Origin: an uncultured Acidimicrobiia bacterium
GTDB lineage: Bacteria > Actinomycetota > Acidimicrobiia > Acidimicrobiales > JACDCH01
NCBI GenBank assembly: GCA_963840695.1
Contig: CAWIZW010000009.1
Location: 474,467-538,466 of the forward strand
Direction: 5' to 3'
Length of the DNA: 64,000 nucleotides
Shown: in pieces, positions 51,467 through 60,060 of the stretch
Numbering within the stretch: the first letter of the stretch is position 1
Layout: every line of letters starts with the position of its first letter
Made by a program: the position numbers and the translations under genes
Notes under the pieces: generated by a model
The model's input: only the letters and a program-made list of their open reading frames with translations
What the model was told of the DNA's origin: nothing
Databases searched by the model: none

Positions 51467-52072
51467 TCACCAGCCGCGGTCGACCCACTCCTGCAGATGC
51501 GGTCGCTCGTTCCCGATCGTCGTCTTGTCGCCGTGGCCGGGGAGGACGATCGTGTCGGCGGGCAAGGTGAGCAGGCGGTCCTCGATCGAGCGGATGATCG
51601 TCGGGAACGAGCCGCCCGCGAACCTGGTGGCGCCCGGTCCGCCGGGGAACAGCGTGTCGCCCGAGAACAGGACCGGGTGGCCTTCGAGGCGGAAGCACAT
51701 CGAGCCCGCGGTGTGACCCGGCGTGTGGATCGTGTGCAGCTTGAGCCGGCCGACCTCGATCACCGAGTCGTCCTCGAGCACCTCGTCGTAGCTCGGCAGC
51801 ATCGAGGCGTCCTCGGCGGTCACGCCGACCGAGTAGCCGGCGTCGCGGAGCTGGGGCACGGCCTGGATGTGGTCCCAGTGGCCGTGGGTCTCGAGCACCT
51901 TGCGGACGCCGAGCGTCGTGCACAGCTCGAGCAGCCGCTCGTGCTCGTTGGCGGCGTCGAGCAGCACGGCATCGCCGGTCTGCGTACAACGCAGGACGTA
52001 GACGTCGTTGTCCATGGGCCCCACCACCACCATGTGGATCTCGGCCCCGTCCGCGTCGTAGATCTTCGTCAC
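51467..52072 (-). CDS. MBL-fold metallo-hydrolase (glyoxalase II-like)
   Basis: Intact 201-aa ORF with THGHWDH, HTPGHTAGS, FSGDTLFPGG and LPGHGD. Confidence 0.85.
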   Translation of the reverse strand: MTKIYDADGAEIHMVVVGPMDNDVYVLRCTQTGDAVLLDAANEHERLLELCTTLGVRKVLETHGHWDHIQAVPQLRDAGYSVGVTAEDASMLPSYDEVLEDDSVIEVGRLKLHTIHTPGHTAGSMCFRLEGHPVLFSGDTLFPGGPGATRFAGGSFPTIIRSIEDRLLTLPADTIVLPGHGDKTTIGNERPHLQEWVDRGW

Positions 52073-52081
52073 GGAGACGTT

Positions 52082-52516
52082 CTACCGGCCCGTGGCGATG
52101 TATTCGTGCAACACCTGGGTTTCGTTCTCCAGCTCACCCAGCCGGTGCTTGACGACGTCGCCGATGCTGACGATGCCGGCGAGCTTGCCGTCGGCGACGA
52201 TCGGGATGTGGCGGATCCGCTGCTCGGTCATGAGGGCCATCAGCTCCTCCGCCGTGGCGTCGGGCCCGCACGTGAAGACCTCGACGGTCATCAGGTCGGC
52301 GACGCTCCGGCCGAGCACCTTGCTGCGTTCGGTGGCGAGGGCCCGCACGATGTCGCGTTCGGAGAGGATGCCGGCGACGGTCTCGCCGTCGTCGGACACG
52401 ACGAGGGCACCGATGCGGTGCTCGGCGAGCTGGGCCACGGCGTCGGCGACTTTCGTCGCCGCCGGGACCGTGAGCACCTCACCTCCCTTGGCCGACAAGA
52501 TGCGCTGGATCAGCAT
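52082..52516 (-). CDS. CBS-domain pair protein
   Basis: 144-aa product from the ATG at 52516 with two CBS repeats (HRIGALVVSDDGETVAGILSERDIV; IRHIPIVADGKLAGIVSIGDVV). Confidence 0.85.
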   Translation of the reverse strand: MLIQRILSAKGGEVLTVPAATKVADAVAQLAEHRIGALVVSDDGETVAGILSERDIVRALATERSKVLGRSVADLMTVEVFTCGPDATAEELMALMTEQRIRHIPIVADGKLAGIVSIGDVVKHRLGELENETQVLHEYIATGR

Positions 52517-52593
52517 GACGACAGACCTCCCCTCGGGTCCCTGCAGGTACCCAAAGGTTCGCACGGTTGACGCCGACCGCGCTCGGGAACCCC

Positions 52594-52998
52594 TCAGATC
52601 GACACGACACTGAAGCCCAGGCCGACGGCGACGGGGATCTGGCGGGGGTCGAAGGTGACGTAGGTGAGCGGTCGGGGGAGGCGGTCGGCGGCGGCGAGGT
52701 GCAGGGCGTCGACGGTGCGCAGGGGCTGGGTGCGGCCGAGCTCGGCGGCCCGGTCGAGGCAGCGACCGTCGACGGGGACGACGTGGATGCGCTCCCAGTC
52801 GTCGCGCAACGCCCGACGGAGCGCTTCGCGCTCGGTCGGGTCGGCGTCGAGCTGGTCGACCACCATCAGCGCCTCGGTCAGGGCCAGGGCGGAGGCGCAC
52901 CACACCGGGTCGGCGGCCATGGCCGCCCGGGCGACGTCGCCCGCCGGCCCCGACAGGTAGCGGGCCAGCAACCCCGACGCATCCAGCGCGACGGTCAT
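52594..52998 (-). CDS. vapC: PIN-domain toxin (VapC family)
   Basis: Intact 134-aa ORF MTVALDASGLL...TEAL...VDALHLAAA, with the conserved acidic residues of PIN domains. It lies 16 nt downstream of the antitoxin gene. Confidence 0.8.
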   Translation of the reverse strand: MTVALDASGLLARYLSGPAGDVARAAMAADPVWCASALALTEALMVVDQLDADPTEREALRRALRDDWERIHVVPVDGRCLDRAAELGRTQPLRTVDALHLAAADRLPRPLTYVTFDPRQIPVAVGLGFSVVSI

Positions 52999-53014
52999 CC
53001 CGCCGGTCTCGTGG

Positions 53015-53284
53015 TCATCCGCGGATCTCCCGGAGGAGGCGGTCGATCCTCGTGCCGGCCCACAGCGGGACCGTGAGCGCCGGCTCGGGCCGGTCGTCGC
53101 GGCGAGCCGGAAGGACGAGACCCCGCGCCACGAGATCCTCGATGGTGGGACCTCCGGCCGCGTCGGCCTCGACCGGCCCGAGCTGGGCCACCGGTCGACC
53201 GCCGACGGTCACCACGATCCGCTCGCCCGCCTCGGCTCGGCGCAGCGCCTGGGCCAGCTGGCCCCGCAAGGTCCGGACGTTCAT
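53015..53284 (-). CDS. Phd/YefM-type antitoxin
   Basis: 89-aa product from the ATG at 53284: MNVRTLRGQLAQALRRAEAGERIVVTVGGRPVAQLGPV.... Confidence 0.75.
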   Translation of the reverse strand: MNVRTLRGQLAQALRRAEAGERIVVTVGGRPVAQLGPVEADAAGGPTIEDLVARGLVLPARRDDRPEPALTVPLWAGTRIDRLLREIRG

Positions 53285-53348
53285 GCGTACACAGGTGTAC
53301 ACGCAGCGCCTTGCGGCGCGCAAGGACGGCTGGGCAGGATCCGTCCCC

Positions 53349-54468
53349 ATGAACTTCGCCTTCTCCGAGGAGCAGGAGGAGCTGCGGCGCATCGTCCGCC
53401 AGTTCCTCGAGTCCAAGTCGTCCGAGGCCGAGGTCCGCCGCCTCATGGAGACCACCGAGGGCTACGACCCCGCGGTCTGGTCGCAGATGGCCAACGAGCT
53501 CGGGCTCCAGAGCCTCGTCATCCCCGAGGAGTTCGGCGGCCAGGGCTTCAGCTACGTCGAGCTCGTCGTCGTGCTGGAGGAGATGGGCCGGCGCCTGCTG
53601 TGCGCCCCCTACTTCTCGACCGTCGCCCTCGCCACGAACCTGCTGCTCCACGCCGGCGACGACGCCGCCAAGAAGGAGCTCCTGCCGGGCATCGCCGCCG
53701 GCGACACCATCGCCACGGTCGCCTTCACCGAGGAGTCGGGTCGCTGGGACGAGGCCGGCATCACCATGGAGGCCACCGGCCTCGCTGGCTGACGGCTTCA
53801 AGCTCAACGGCACGAAGATGTTCGTGCTCGACGGTCACACCGCCAACGTGATCCTCGTCGCCGCCCGGACCGGCGCCGGCGTGTCGATCTTCCAGGTCGC
53901 CGGCGACGCCGCCGGGCTGACCCGCACGCCGCTGGCCACCATGGACCAGACCCGCAAGCAGGCCAAGCTCGAGTTCAACGACGTCGACGCCAAGCTGATC
54001 GGCACCGAAGGCGCCGGGTGGGCGGCCATCGAGCGGATGCTCGACCTCGCCGCCGTCGCCCTCGCCGCCGAGCAGGTCGGTGGCGGCCAGTTCGTGCTCG
54101 AGATGGCCGTGCAGTACGCCAAGGACCGCGTGCAGTTCGGCCGCCCGATCGGCTCGTTCCAGGCCATCAAGCACAAGTGCGCCGACATGCTGCTCGAGGT
54201 CGAGTCGGCCAAGTCCGCCGCCTACTACGCCGGCTGGTGCGCCGCCGAGCTCAACGACGAGCTGCCGTCGGTCGCGTCGCTGGCCAAGGCGTACTGCTCC
54301 GAGGCGTACTTCCACGCCGCCGCCGAGAACATCCAGATCCACGGCGGCATCGGCTTCACCTGGGAGCACCCCGCGCACCTGTACTTCAAGCGGGCCAAGT
54401 CCTCCGAGCTGCTGTTCGGCGACCCGACCTACCACCGCGAGCTCCTCGCCCAGCGCATCGGAATCTGA
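53349..54468 (+). CDS. acyl-CoA dehydrogenase, one frameshift
   Basis: Motifs MNFAFSEEQEELRRIVRQFLE, LVIPEEFGGQG, DRVQFGRPIGSFQAIKHKCADM and QIHGGIGFTWEHPAHLYFKRA. Frame change near 53790. Confidence 0.85.
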
Positions 54469-54471
54469 GGT

Positions 54472-54528
54472 GTCGGCGCCGAACCAGAGGTTCGGCGCCG
54501 AACCTGTCGGCGGCGGCCTCCGGCCGCC
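54472..54528. repeat. REP-like two-hairpin element (same family as 16234-16413)
   Basis: CGGCGCCGAACC-aga-GGTTCGGCGCCG (12-bp stem) is followed by GGCGGCGGCCTCCGGCCGCC, immediately after the ACAD stop. Confidence 0.8.
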
Positions 54529-54615
54529 ACTCAGCGGTCCTCGCCGGCGGAGCCGGCTGCGGCCGATCCCGGGGGCTGCGCACGCGCGCGTCGCGCCCCA
54601 CGCCTACGTCCTCCC

Positions 54616-55287
54616 ATGACGACTCCGTACGAGGCTTTGCGGGCGATCGCCACCCAGGAGGTGGCGATCGGGCCGCGTCTGCAGCACGTCGAGCTGTTCA
54701 CGCTCGGGGGGCTGCTCACGATGTTCTGGCACTGGCCGGACGGGCCCGATGGGGAGGACCCGGCCGGCGTCGTGATCTGCGGGGGCGGCGCCATGGGCGG
54801 CATGCTCGGGCCCGCCGACGGGCTCTACCACGACCTCGGCACGACCCTCGCCGCCGAGCACCGCATCGCCGTCGTCCGGGTCGGGTGGCGCAAGCCCAAC
54901 GACCTCGACGAGTGCACCCTCGACGCCCTCGCCGTGCTGCAGCTCGCGGCCCGGCGGGGCGCGCCGAAGGCGGTCATGGTCGGCCACAGCTTCGGCGGCG
55001 CCGTCGCCGTGCGCGCCGCGGTCGCCGCCGACGAGATCGTCGCCGGCGTCGTCACCCTCGCCACCCAGTCGGCCGGCTGCGAGATCGCCGACGGGCTCGT
55101 CGGCCGCCCCGTCCTCTGCCTGCACGGTGACGCCGACGAGCTCCTGCCGCCGATGTGCAGCGAGCTCGTCGCCGGCCTGGCCGACGGTGAGTACGTCCTC
55201 CTCCGGGGGGCCGGGCACCTCCTCACCCAGGCCGGGCCCGAGCTCCGCGAGCGCCTCCTCGAGTGGATCCCCGCGGTCCTGGCCTGA
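54616..55287 (+). CDS. alpha/beta hydrolase
   Basis: Intact 223-aa ORF with nucleophile elbow GHSFGG, LHGDADE and GAGHLL. Confidence 0.75.
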   Translation: MTTPYEALRAIATQEVAIGPRLQHVELFTLGGLLTMFWHWPDGPDGEDPAGVVICGGGAMGGMLGPADGLYHDLGTTLAAEHRIAVVRVGWRKPNDLDECTLDALAVLQLAARRGAPKAVMVGHSFGGAVAVRAAVAADEIVAGVVTLATQSAGCEIADGLVGRPVLCLHGDADELLPPMCSELVAGLADGEYVLLRGAGHLLTQAGPELRERLLEWIPAVLA

Positions 55288-55299
55288 GAGCCTGACCCC

Positions 55300-55788
55300 G
55301 TGGTCGTGGCCGCGGTCGTCATCGGGGTCGTCGTGGTCCTCGTGGTCGCCCTCGTCGCCGTCGGGAGGGAGGCGTTCACGCTCGGCGCCCAGCCCCGCCA
55401 GGCGCTCTTCGACGTCGACGAGGCCGTCGACTTCGTCGCCGACGAGCTCCCGCTCGAGGTCAGCGCCCGCATCAGTTACGACGACGTCCGTGCCCTCGTG
55501 CGCTTCCACCTCGAGCACCTCGCCTCGTCCGGCGCGCCCGCGGAGCGGTGGCGGGCCGGGACCGGCCCGCTCGTCATCGTCGACGACGAGGAGGGCGCCG
55601 AGGTCCTGATGACCCGAGCGATCCAGGCCGGGCTCGACCTGCGACCCGACGATGTCGCCGCCGTCCTCGCCGCCGAGCTGGCCTACTTCGAGGCGATCGG
55701 CGCGGTGGGCCCGGCCGTGCCCGAGCCCCTCGAGCTGCTGGAGGGCGACGCCCCGACCGGCGAGCTTCCCCCGGGCGAGCAGCCCTAA
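55300..55788 (+). CDS. hypothetical membrane-anchored protein
   Basis: 162-aa ORF with an N-terminal TM helix VVAAVVIGVVVVLVVALVAV and an acidic soluble domain. Confidence 0.45.
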   Translation: MVVAAVVIGVVVVLVVALVAVGREAFTLGAQPRQALFDVDEAVDFVADELPLEVSARISYDDVRALVRFHLEHLASSGAPAERWRAGTGPLVIVDDEEGAEVLMTRAIQAGLDLRPDDVAAVLAAELAYFEAIGAVGPAVPEPLELLEGDAPTGELPPGEQP

Positions 55789-56543
55789 TTGCGGCGTCGC
55801 AGGTAGGCGGCGCCGGCTTCGCGGGCGGCCGGGTCGCCAGCCGCCTCGCGGTAGCCGGCGATGTCGGCGTCGACGCCGCCGTCGGTCGACGGCACGGGCC
55901 GGGCAGCCTCCTCGACCTGCTGCTTGGTCACCCGGAGCAGGAGCGGCGCCTTGGCTCCCAGCTCGGCCGCGAGCGTGTCGACGGCCCCGGTGAGCTCGTC
56001 GTCGGGCACCACCCGGTTCACGAACCGCATGGCGAGCGCCTCGGCGGCGTCGAAGGTCCGTCCGGTGAGCACCAACTCCTTGGTGAGCGCCGGACCGAGC
56101 TCCCGGACCAGCCGGGGCACGCCGGTCCAGTACAGCGGCATGCCGAGGTCGACCTCCGGGATGCGGAAGGACGTGCCGGCAGCGGCGACGCGCAGGTCGC
56201 AGGCCGACGCCAGCACGACCGCGCCGCCGATGCAGTGCCCGTGGATGGCGGCGACGGTCACCGCCGCCATGCCGCCGATCGCTTCGGCCATGGCCCGCCC
56301 GAGCACGGCCGAGCTGTCGCCGTCGGTCCACGAACGGTCGGTGAGATCGAACCCCGAGGAGAACGCCCGGCCCTCGCCCGCCACGACGACGACGCCGACG
56401 TCGGGCTGGGCGTCGAACCACCGGGCGGCGGCACCGAGCTCCTCGAGTGCCGCCCGGTTCAAGGCGTTGAGCTTGTCCGGTCGGGCCAGGGTGATCCGGC
56501 CGACCGGCCCGTCCACCGCCAGGCGCAGTGCCGTCGTCTCCAC
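55785..56543 (-). CDS. enoyl-CoA hydratase/isomerase (crotonase) family protein
   Basis: Motifs GRITLARPDKLNAL, VVVVAGEGRAFSSGFDL and AAIHGHCIGGAVVLASACDLRV. The GTG at 56543 is preceded by GAGGA with a 7-nt spacer; an alternative ATG is at 56579. Confidence 0.85.
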   Translation of the reverse strand: METTALRLAVDGPVGRITLARPDKLNALNRAALEELGAAARWFDAQPDVGVVVVAGEGRAFSSGFDLTDRSWTDGDSSAVLGRAMAEAIGGMAAVTVAAIHGHCIGGAVVLASACDLRVAAAGTSFRIPEVDLGMPLYWTGVPRLVRELGPALTKELVLTGRTFDAAEALAMRFVNRVVPDDELTGAVDTLAAELGAKAPLLLRVTKQQVEEAARPVPSTDGGVDADIAGYREAAGDPAAREAGAAYLRRRN

Positions 56544-56557
56544 GCCCGGATCCTCGC

Positions 56558-56587
56558 GCCTAGGTATGCCATCGGTCATACCTAGGC
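56558..56587. promoter_or_regulatory. 11-bp perfect inverted repeat GCCTAGGTATG-N8-CATACCTAGGC; candidate operator
   Basis: It lies 15 nt upstream of the crotonase GTG start in the divergent intergenic region. By eye it is less GC-rich than its surroundings. Confidence 0.45.
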
Positions 56588-56695
56588 CGTTCTGACCTGC
56601 GGAAATACGCATCACGTCCGATGTGGCCGACCGGTTCACGGGCGCATGATGATCCTCGACCCGAACGACGACGACAGCACGAGGAGGACCGGGCC

Positions 56696-56881
56696 ATGAA
56701 CGACTACCTGTACCTGTCGACGATGGTCGCGGACCGCCGCAGCGCCCGCATGGCCACCGCCGAGCGCCACCGGCTCTTCGCCGGTCTGCGCGCCAGCCGC
56801 GCCTTGCGGCGCCCCACCCTGACACTGGCCGCTTCCGCCGTCCGGACCACGGCGGACGTGGCCACCCCGCGGGCCGCCTGA
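56696..56881 (+). CDS. small hypothetical protein (61 aa)
   Basis: The ATG is preceded by GAGGAGG. The product is MNDYLYLSTMVADRRSARMATAERHRLFAGL.... It sits upstream of the LuxR-family regulator. Confidence 0.4.
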   Translation: MNDYLYLSTMVADRRSARMATAERHRLFAGLRASRALRRPTLTLAASAVRTTADVATPRAA

Positions 56882-56960
56882 CCGACCCCACCGGTCGTCG
56901 TGCTCGCAGACACAGGAACCCCCGCCGTCCGCTCGGCGGGGGTTCCCGTACGCTTCGGAG

Positions 56961-59807
56961 GTGCTCGTCGGTCGCAGCGGCCTCAGCCCCGTCATGGTGG
57001 GGCGGGCGGCCGAGCTCGACCGGCTGACCCGGCTCCTCGCCGATCCCGGCGCCGCCACCGACTGCCACGTCGCCCTCGTCGCCGGGGAGGCCGGGGTGGG
57101 CAAGACCCGGCTCGTCCGGGAGCTCGTCGGGCGCGTGCCGAGCGGCGCGACCGTCCTCGCCGGTCAGGCCGACCCTGGCGCCCTCGGGCGGCCGTTCGAG
57201 CTCCTCCTCGACGCCCTCGACGGCCACGACACCGATCCCGGGGTCATCGAGGCGGTCACCGACCGCCGTCGGCCGATCGAGGACCGCATCGCCGGCGGCG
57301 TCGGTCTCGTCCGCCAGCTCGCCGGCGAGCGTCCCGCCCTCCTGGTCTTCGAGGACCTCCACTGGGCCGACTCCGAGAGCCTGTCGCTCTTCGAACGGCT
57401 CGCCGAGCCCGACTTCGGGCCCCTCGTCCTGGTCGGGACCTACCGCCCCGACGCCATCAGCCGCCGCCACCCCGTCGCCGAGCTCCTGCCCCGCCTCGAG
57501 CGGCGACACACCGTCACCCACGTCCGCCTCGGACGGCTCTCACCGCTCGACGTCGGCGCCTTCCTCACCGCCGTCTACGGCCGGTCGCCGTCGTTCCGGG
57601 TCGTCGAGGCGCTCCACACCCGCACCGGCGGGAACCCGTTCTTCCTCGAGGAGCTGCTCGGCAACGCCACCGAGGACCTCGACCACCTCGCCGACCAGCC
57701 GCTGCCGTGGAGCCTCGCCGAGGTGGTGCGGTCGCAGCTCGACGAGCTCGATCCGGACGAGCGCCGGATCCTCGAGGCCGCCGCCGTGCTCGGGCGCCGG
57801 GTCGCCTTCGACCTCCTCGCCGTCGTCACCCGCACCACCGAGGACGAGCTCATCGACGTGCTCCGCGACCTCGTCGGGCGCGGCCTGCTCATCGAGGACG
57901 AGCACGACGTCTTCCTGTTCCGCCACGCCCTCGCCCGCGAGACGATCGAGACCGAGCTGCTCGGCCGGGAGCGCCGCCGACTCCACCGCGCCGCCCTCGA
58001 CGCGCTCTGCGAGACCGGCGAGTGCGACCTCGCCGACATCGCCCACCACGCGGCCGGCGCCGGCGACGACGAGCGCCTGCTCGTCGCCGCTCGCGACGGC
58101 ACCCAGGAGTACCTCGATGCCGGGCTCGCCCTACCAGGCGCTGCAGCTCGCCGAGCTCGGCCTCACCGTCGCCGAGGACGACCCGACGCTGCTCGCCTGT
58201 GCCGCCCGCGCCGCCTGGCTGACCGGCCTGCTCGCCGACGCCCGCGCCCACAGCCGTCAACGCCTCGAGGTGGCCCGGCGCAGCGGCGACGCCGAGGCGG
58301 AGTCGGCCGCCCTGCGCCTCGAGGTGCGCCTGGCCTGGGAGGTGGGCGACACCGACGAGCTGGTCCGGTCGACCGAGGCGCTCGTGGAGCTGGTCGACCG
58401 GCTGCGGACCCGGCGAGGAGCGGGGCCGGGCCATGGCGGTCGTCGCGCAGTCGTACATGCTGCGCGACCTCATCCCGGAGGCGCTCGATTGGGCCGACCG
58501 CGCCCTCGCCGAGGCCGACCACCTCGGAGGCCAGCGAGGAGCGGCGGTGCGCGCGAACGCGCTCGTCGAGAAGGGCTCGGCCCTCGTGGTCGACGGATCG
58601 CGGTGCGACGAGGGCGACGAGCTCCTCGAGCTCGCCGCCGACATCGGCGAGGACCTGGGCGACGACGTCGTCGTGGCGCGGGCGCTGCACAACCTGGTCC
58701 GCACCGACACCCGCCCACGCGACGCCGCCGTGGCCCGGCGCCAGCTCGACCGGATGCGGGCGGCGGCCGAGCGCGTCGGGTTCGACTCGATGGCCGGCGC
58801 CGCCCATGCCCAGGGCCTCGCCGACCTCGCCCAGTGGGAGGGCGACCTCGGCGCCGCCCTCGACGCCCTGGCCGAGGGACGGCGCGCTCGACCGCGGGTA
58901 CCTCCTCACCAACCGGGGTGGGTGGTTCAGCGTCCACGAGGCCGGGCCTGCTGCTCGAGGCGGGGGAACCGCGAGCGGGCGGCCGGAGGTCGTGGAGCCC
59001 CTGGAGGCGGCAGCGACCAAGAAGCCGTACTGGTTCAACGGGCCTGGCCGCCCACGTCGCCGCCCGGCTCGGCGACGTCGACCGGGCTCGCGAGCACGTC
59101 GCCGCGCTGATCGACCAGGCTCGCCGAGCCTCGATCGGCTCGGGCGGTCACATGCTCGGCGCCAGCATGGTGCACGACATCGTCTCGGCCGCCCTCACCG
59201 CCGGCCTCGTCGCCGCCGGAGCTGCGACCGCCTGTCCGACCTGCTCGCCGACCAGGTCACGGCCACTCCTCGAAGGCATCCGGGCCGGCGACGAGGCGCT
59301 GCGCCGGTCGAGACGCTCGTCGCCGCCCAGCTGCTCGAGGCGGACGGCGACATCGAGGACGGCGCTCGGCCGCCTACGAGCGCGGCCGCCGAGCGCCGAG
59401 GAGTCGCTGTACCCGTCCGAGCGGGGCACCGCGCAGGTCGGCGCGGCGCGCTGCCTCATCGCCCTCGGCCGGCTCGACGAGGCCAAGGACGAGGCCATCG
59501 AGGCCGAACGCGCTCCTCGGCCGCTGGGGCGGCTGGCGGGTCGAGGAGCTCGAGGTCGGTCCGGCGCCGCCTCGGACGGGGCGGTCCGGTCGCCGGCCCG
59601 GAGGCCCTGACGCCCGCGGGAGCGGGAGGTCGTCGCCCTGCTCGCCGAGGGCCTCACCAACGCCGAGCTCGCCGGCCGGCTGTTCATCTCGCCGAAGACC
59701 GCGGCGGTCCACGTCTCCAACGTGCTGGCCAAGCTCGGCATGGCCAGCCGCACCGAAGTGGCGGCCTGGGCGATTCGCGAGGGACGTCGCCGGCTGAGCC
59801 TCGGTAA
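56961..59807 (+). CDS. large ATP-binding LuxR-family regulator (LAL/MalT-like: AAA + TPR-like + HTH), frameshifted as given
   Basis: Walker A GEAGVGKT, LLVFEDLHWADSES and TGGNPFFLEEL. The C-terminal HTH reads [44 protein letters not shown]. At least 5 frame changes. The 3' end lies between 59795 and 59842. Confidence 0.8.
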   Translation: MLVGRSGLSPVMVGRAAELDRLTRLLADPGAATDCHVALVAGEAGVGKTRLVRELVGRVPSGATVLAGQADPGALGRPFELLLDALDGHDTDPGVIEAVTDRRRPIEDRIAGGVGLVRQLAGERPALLVFEDLHWADSESLSLFERLAEPDFGPLVLVGTYRPDAISRRHPVAELLPRLERRHTVTHVRLGRLSPLDVGAFLTAVYGRSPSFRVVEALHTRTGGNPFFLEELLGNATEDLDHLADQPLPWSLAEVVRSQLDELDPDERRILEAAAVLGRRVAFDLLAVVTRTTEDELIDVLRDLVGRGLLIEDEHDVFLFRHALARETIETELLGRERRRLHRAALDALCETGECDLADIAHHAAGAGDDERLLVAARDGTQEYLDAGLALPGAAARRARPHRRRGRPDAARLCRPRRLADRPARRRPRPQPSTPRGGPAQRRRRGGVGRPAPRGAPGLGGGRHRRAGPVDRGARGAGRPAADPARSGAGPWRSSRSRTCCATSSRRRSIGPTAPSPRPTTSEASEERRCARTRSSRRARPSWSTDRGATRATSSSSSPPTSARTWATTSSWRGRCTTWSAPTPAHATPPWPGASSTGCGRRPSASGSTRWPAPPMPRASPTSPSGRATSAPPSTPWPRDGALDRGYLLTNRGGWFSVHEAGPAARGGGTASGRPEVVEPLEAAATKKPYWFNGPGRPRRRPARRRRPGSRARRRADRPGSPSLDRLGRSHARRQHGARHRLGRPHRRPRRRRSCDRLSDLLADQVTATPRRHPGRRRGAAPVETLVAAQLLEADGDIEDGARPPTSAAAERRGVAVPVRAGHRAGRRGALPHRPRPARRGQGRGHRGRTRSSAAGAAGGSRSSRSVRRRLGRGGPVAGPEALTPAGAGGRRPARRGPHQRRARRPAVHLAEDRGGPRLQRAGQARHGQPHRSGGLGDSRGTSPAEPR

Positions 59808-60060
59808 CCTCCTGCCTACCGAAGAAAGGAGGTGGTCCAGCTGAACGGTGAAATGTTCTGGGACTTCGGAGGTGGCCGGCCGCTAGGTCGGACGAGGCTG
59901 GGCCGCCTGGTGAATCCCAGCCGGTCACCGCCCGACCGGGGTGCACGCACCTCGTCCCGGCGTGCACAACGGCTCCGTCGGGTCCTACCAGTTCGAACGT
60001 CGTCTGAGGGGAGGCACGTGATGGCCTCCCCTGCAGTCGCGTTCTCGTACGGTTCTGGGC

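Noticed and set aside
59843-60040. Possible cobalamin, guanidine-III (ykkC-III) or ZTP riboswitch, based on the short matches GGTGAATCCCAGC, CGGACGAGG and CCGCCTGG.
   Set aside because: The matches are only fragments. There is no B12 box or GCCACTG. The helices are nested rather than the pseudoknot expected for guanidine-III. The downstream gene is a hydrolase, which fits none of these classes. It is kept only as an unclassified structured region.
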